NCBI GenBank assembly: GCA_038496445.1
Contig: JALMLS010000064.1
Span: forward strand, 496,001 to 560,000
Length of the DNA: 64,000 bases
Source of the DNA: Trichosphaerium sp. ATCC 40318
Taxonomy: Eukaryota; Protista; Tubulinea
Direction of reading: 5' to 3'
Shown here: positions 62,881 to 64,000 of the stretch, piece after piece
Position numbering within the stretch: the stretch's first letter is position 1
Layout of the letters: the number at the start of each line of letters is the position of its first letter
Made by a program: the position numbers and the translations under genes
Notes under the pieces: model-generated
Told to the model about the DNA's origin: nothing
Databases searched by the model: none
Seen by the model: the letters and a program-made list of their open reading frames with translations, nothing else

Positions 62881-64000
62881 GAATACATTACGTGTTGATG
62901 TACGTAAACGACATCGTAGAACCCTTTTATGAAATCATTATAGTGCTAAACCTTCATAGTTAACAGATATTGTCATTGCGCAATGTTTGGGGTTTTTTGT
63001 GGAATGTCTAAGAAGTTTTTGGAACAAACAGTGTTCCTTATGGCCTTGTGGTTGTTTGATATTATTGGTGATGTCCGGACGAAGAGCCCCGGTTTTTTAT
63101 TATATTAGTTTAACTCAATTTTTCTATTGTTGATTGGATTAGTAGTTTATTTATTGTATTGTGATTGTAATATAGTGTATATATGTTAGACGTTGTCTAT
63201 TGTTGAATTAAATATGAGGAGTAGGGCTCTACCTATTTTTGTTATAACTGCGCTTTGTTATGAATTCTTGTAGCACGTGATAGTGAACGACATCAAGTGT
63301 GTGAGTCCGCGGAGAACGTTATCGTATAAACTCGTGCAGGTAGCATGTGTAGCTTTTAGATTTTGCAAGTTTCTTTTTGTGAATTAAATAGCCTAGAGCC
63401 TTAAAAGAGTCCTCTCAGATGGTCTATCCTTGTTCGGGTTTTATGAACCTCCGCTGATTTAAATGAAAAAACTAACGGAACTTTTTCTCAGTTACAAGGT
63501 GACGATTGTCCTTATCTACATCTTGTGGATATGGGTTTTATTTATGACGTGATTGTTGTAATATTTATGGCGCTAGTTTTCATCGGATGTGACGAGATCA
63601 ACAAAAAAAAAAGGCGTGAGATAGCCTTGTTTAAGACTATGTCGGTGTCTCCTTACAAAGAACTTCATTTACGTAAATGCTTCGTCACAATCTCCACTTC
63701 GTAGGTGCAGTTTTCACATGAGAATGATTCAATAATAGGATAGTGATGATGCCGACAATTTCATCACAAAAAAGAATTGGAATGACATTAATTTTTTTCG
63801 TATATTTTGTTTTGTATTTACATTATTAATTTTACAGTACATGGTTGAGCACCTCTTGTTGTATCTTCAACGTATGAGTGTCTTAGTTTATGTTTGTGTT
63901 GTTTTTGTACATAGTATTTTTCAGTTTTTTTACAGTTGTAGAACGGCGTTATTGCCAGGAATTTTTCGTGAGCTTCTAAAGAGAAATGAGTCAATATTTT

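Noticed and set aside
1-64000. tRNA, rRNA, CRISPR arrays or prokaryotic operons
   Set aside because: No cloverleaf-compatible T-arm context, rRNA-like tract or regularly spaced direct repeats were seen; the window is spliced eukaryotic DNA read with the standard code.

Overview
Gene-dense, AT-rich eukaryotic nuclear DNA with about 26 protein-coding genes split by many short (mostly ~40-100 nt) spliceosomal introns. The ORF track therefore shows only exon fragments, and the gene models below were spliced by hand. Gene content (trifunctional FOL1, GH25 lysozyme, EYA, KCTD-type BTB, TRAF-like RING) suggests a phagotrophic protist, most plausibly an amoebozoan (inference). Recognisable genes: 2xRRM/RGG protein, TauE/SafE transporter, GH25 lysozyme, CPBP/Abi protease, tandem-BTB protein, FOL1, PH-ankyrin protein, mitochondrial uL15, C1-PX protein, PP2C/PDP, CLASP-type TOG protein, KCTD-discoidin protein, RING protein, LamG protein, AIFM2/FSP1-like reductase, PP4R1, XLF/NHEJ1, NDUFAF5 and a multi-BRCT protein. 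Main novelty candidates: (1) one spliced ORF joining a CTD-interacting (CID/Ctk3-like) domain and an RS region to an Eyes-absent tyrosine-phosphatase domain; (2) three paralogues of a ~70-aa Trp-rich tandem-repeat family, only one keeping a C-terminal PD-(D/E)XK-like nuclease domain; (3) strong over-representation of the palindrome TCACGTGA; (4) an intronless ART/PHYHIP-like ORF; (5) a BRCT + IPT/TIG architecture; (6) several GC-AG introns and candidate structured RNAs. No tRNA, rRNA, CRISPR array or transposon could be supported.
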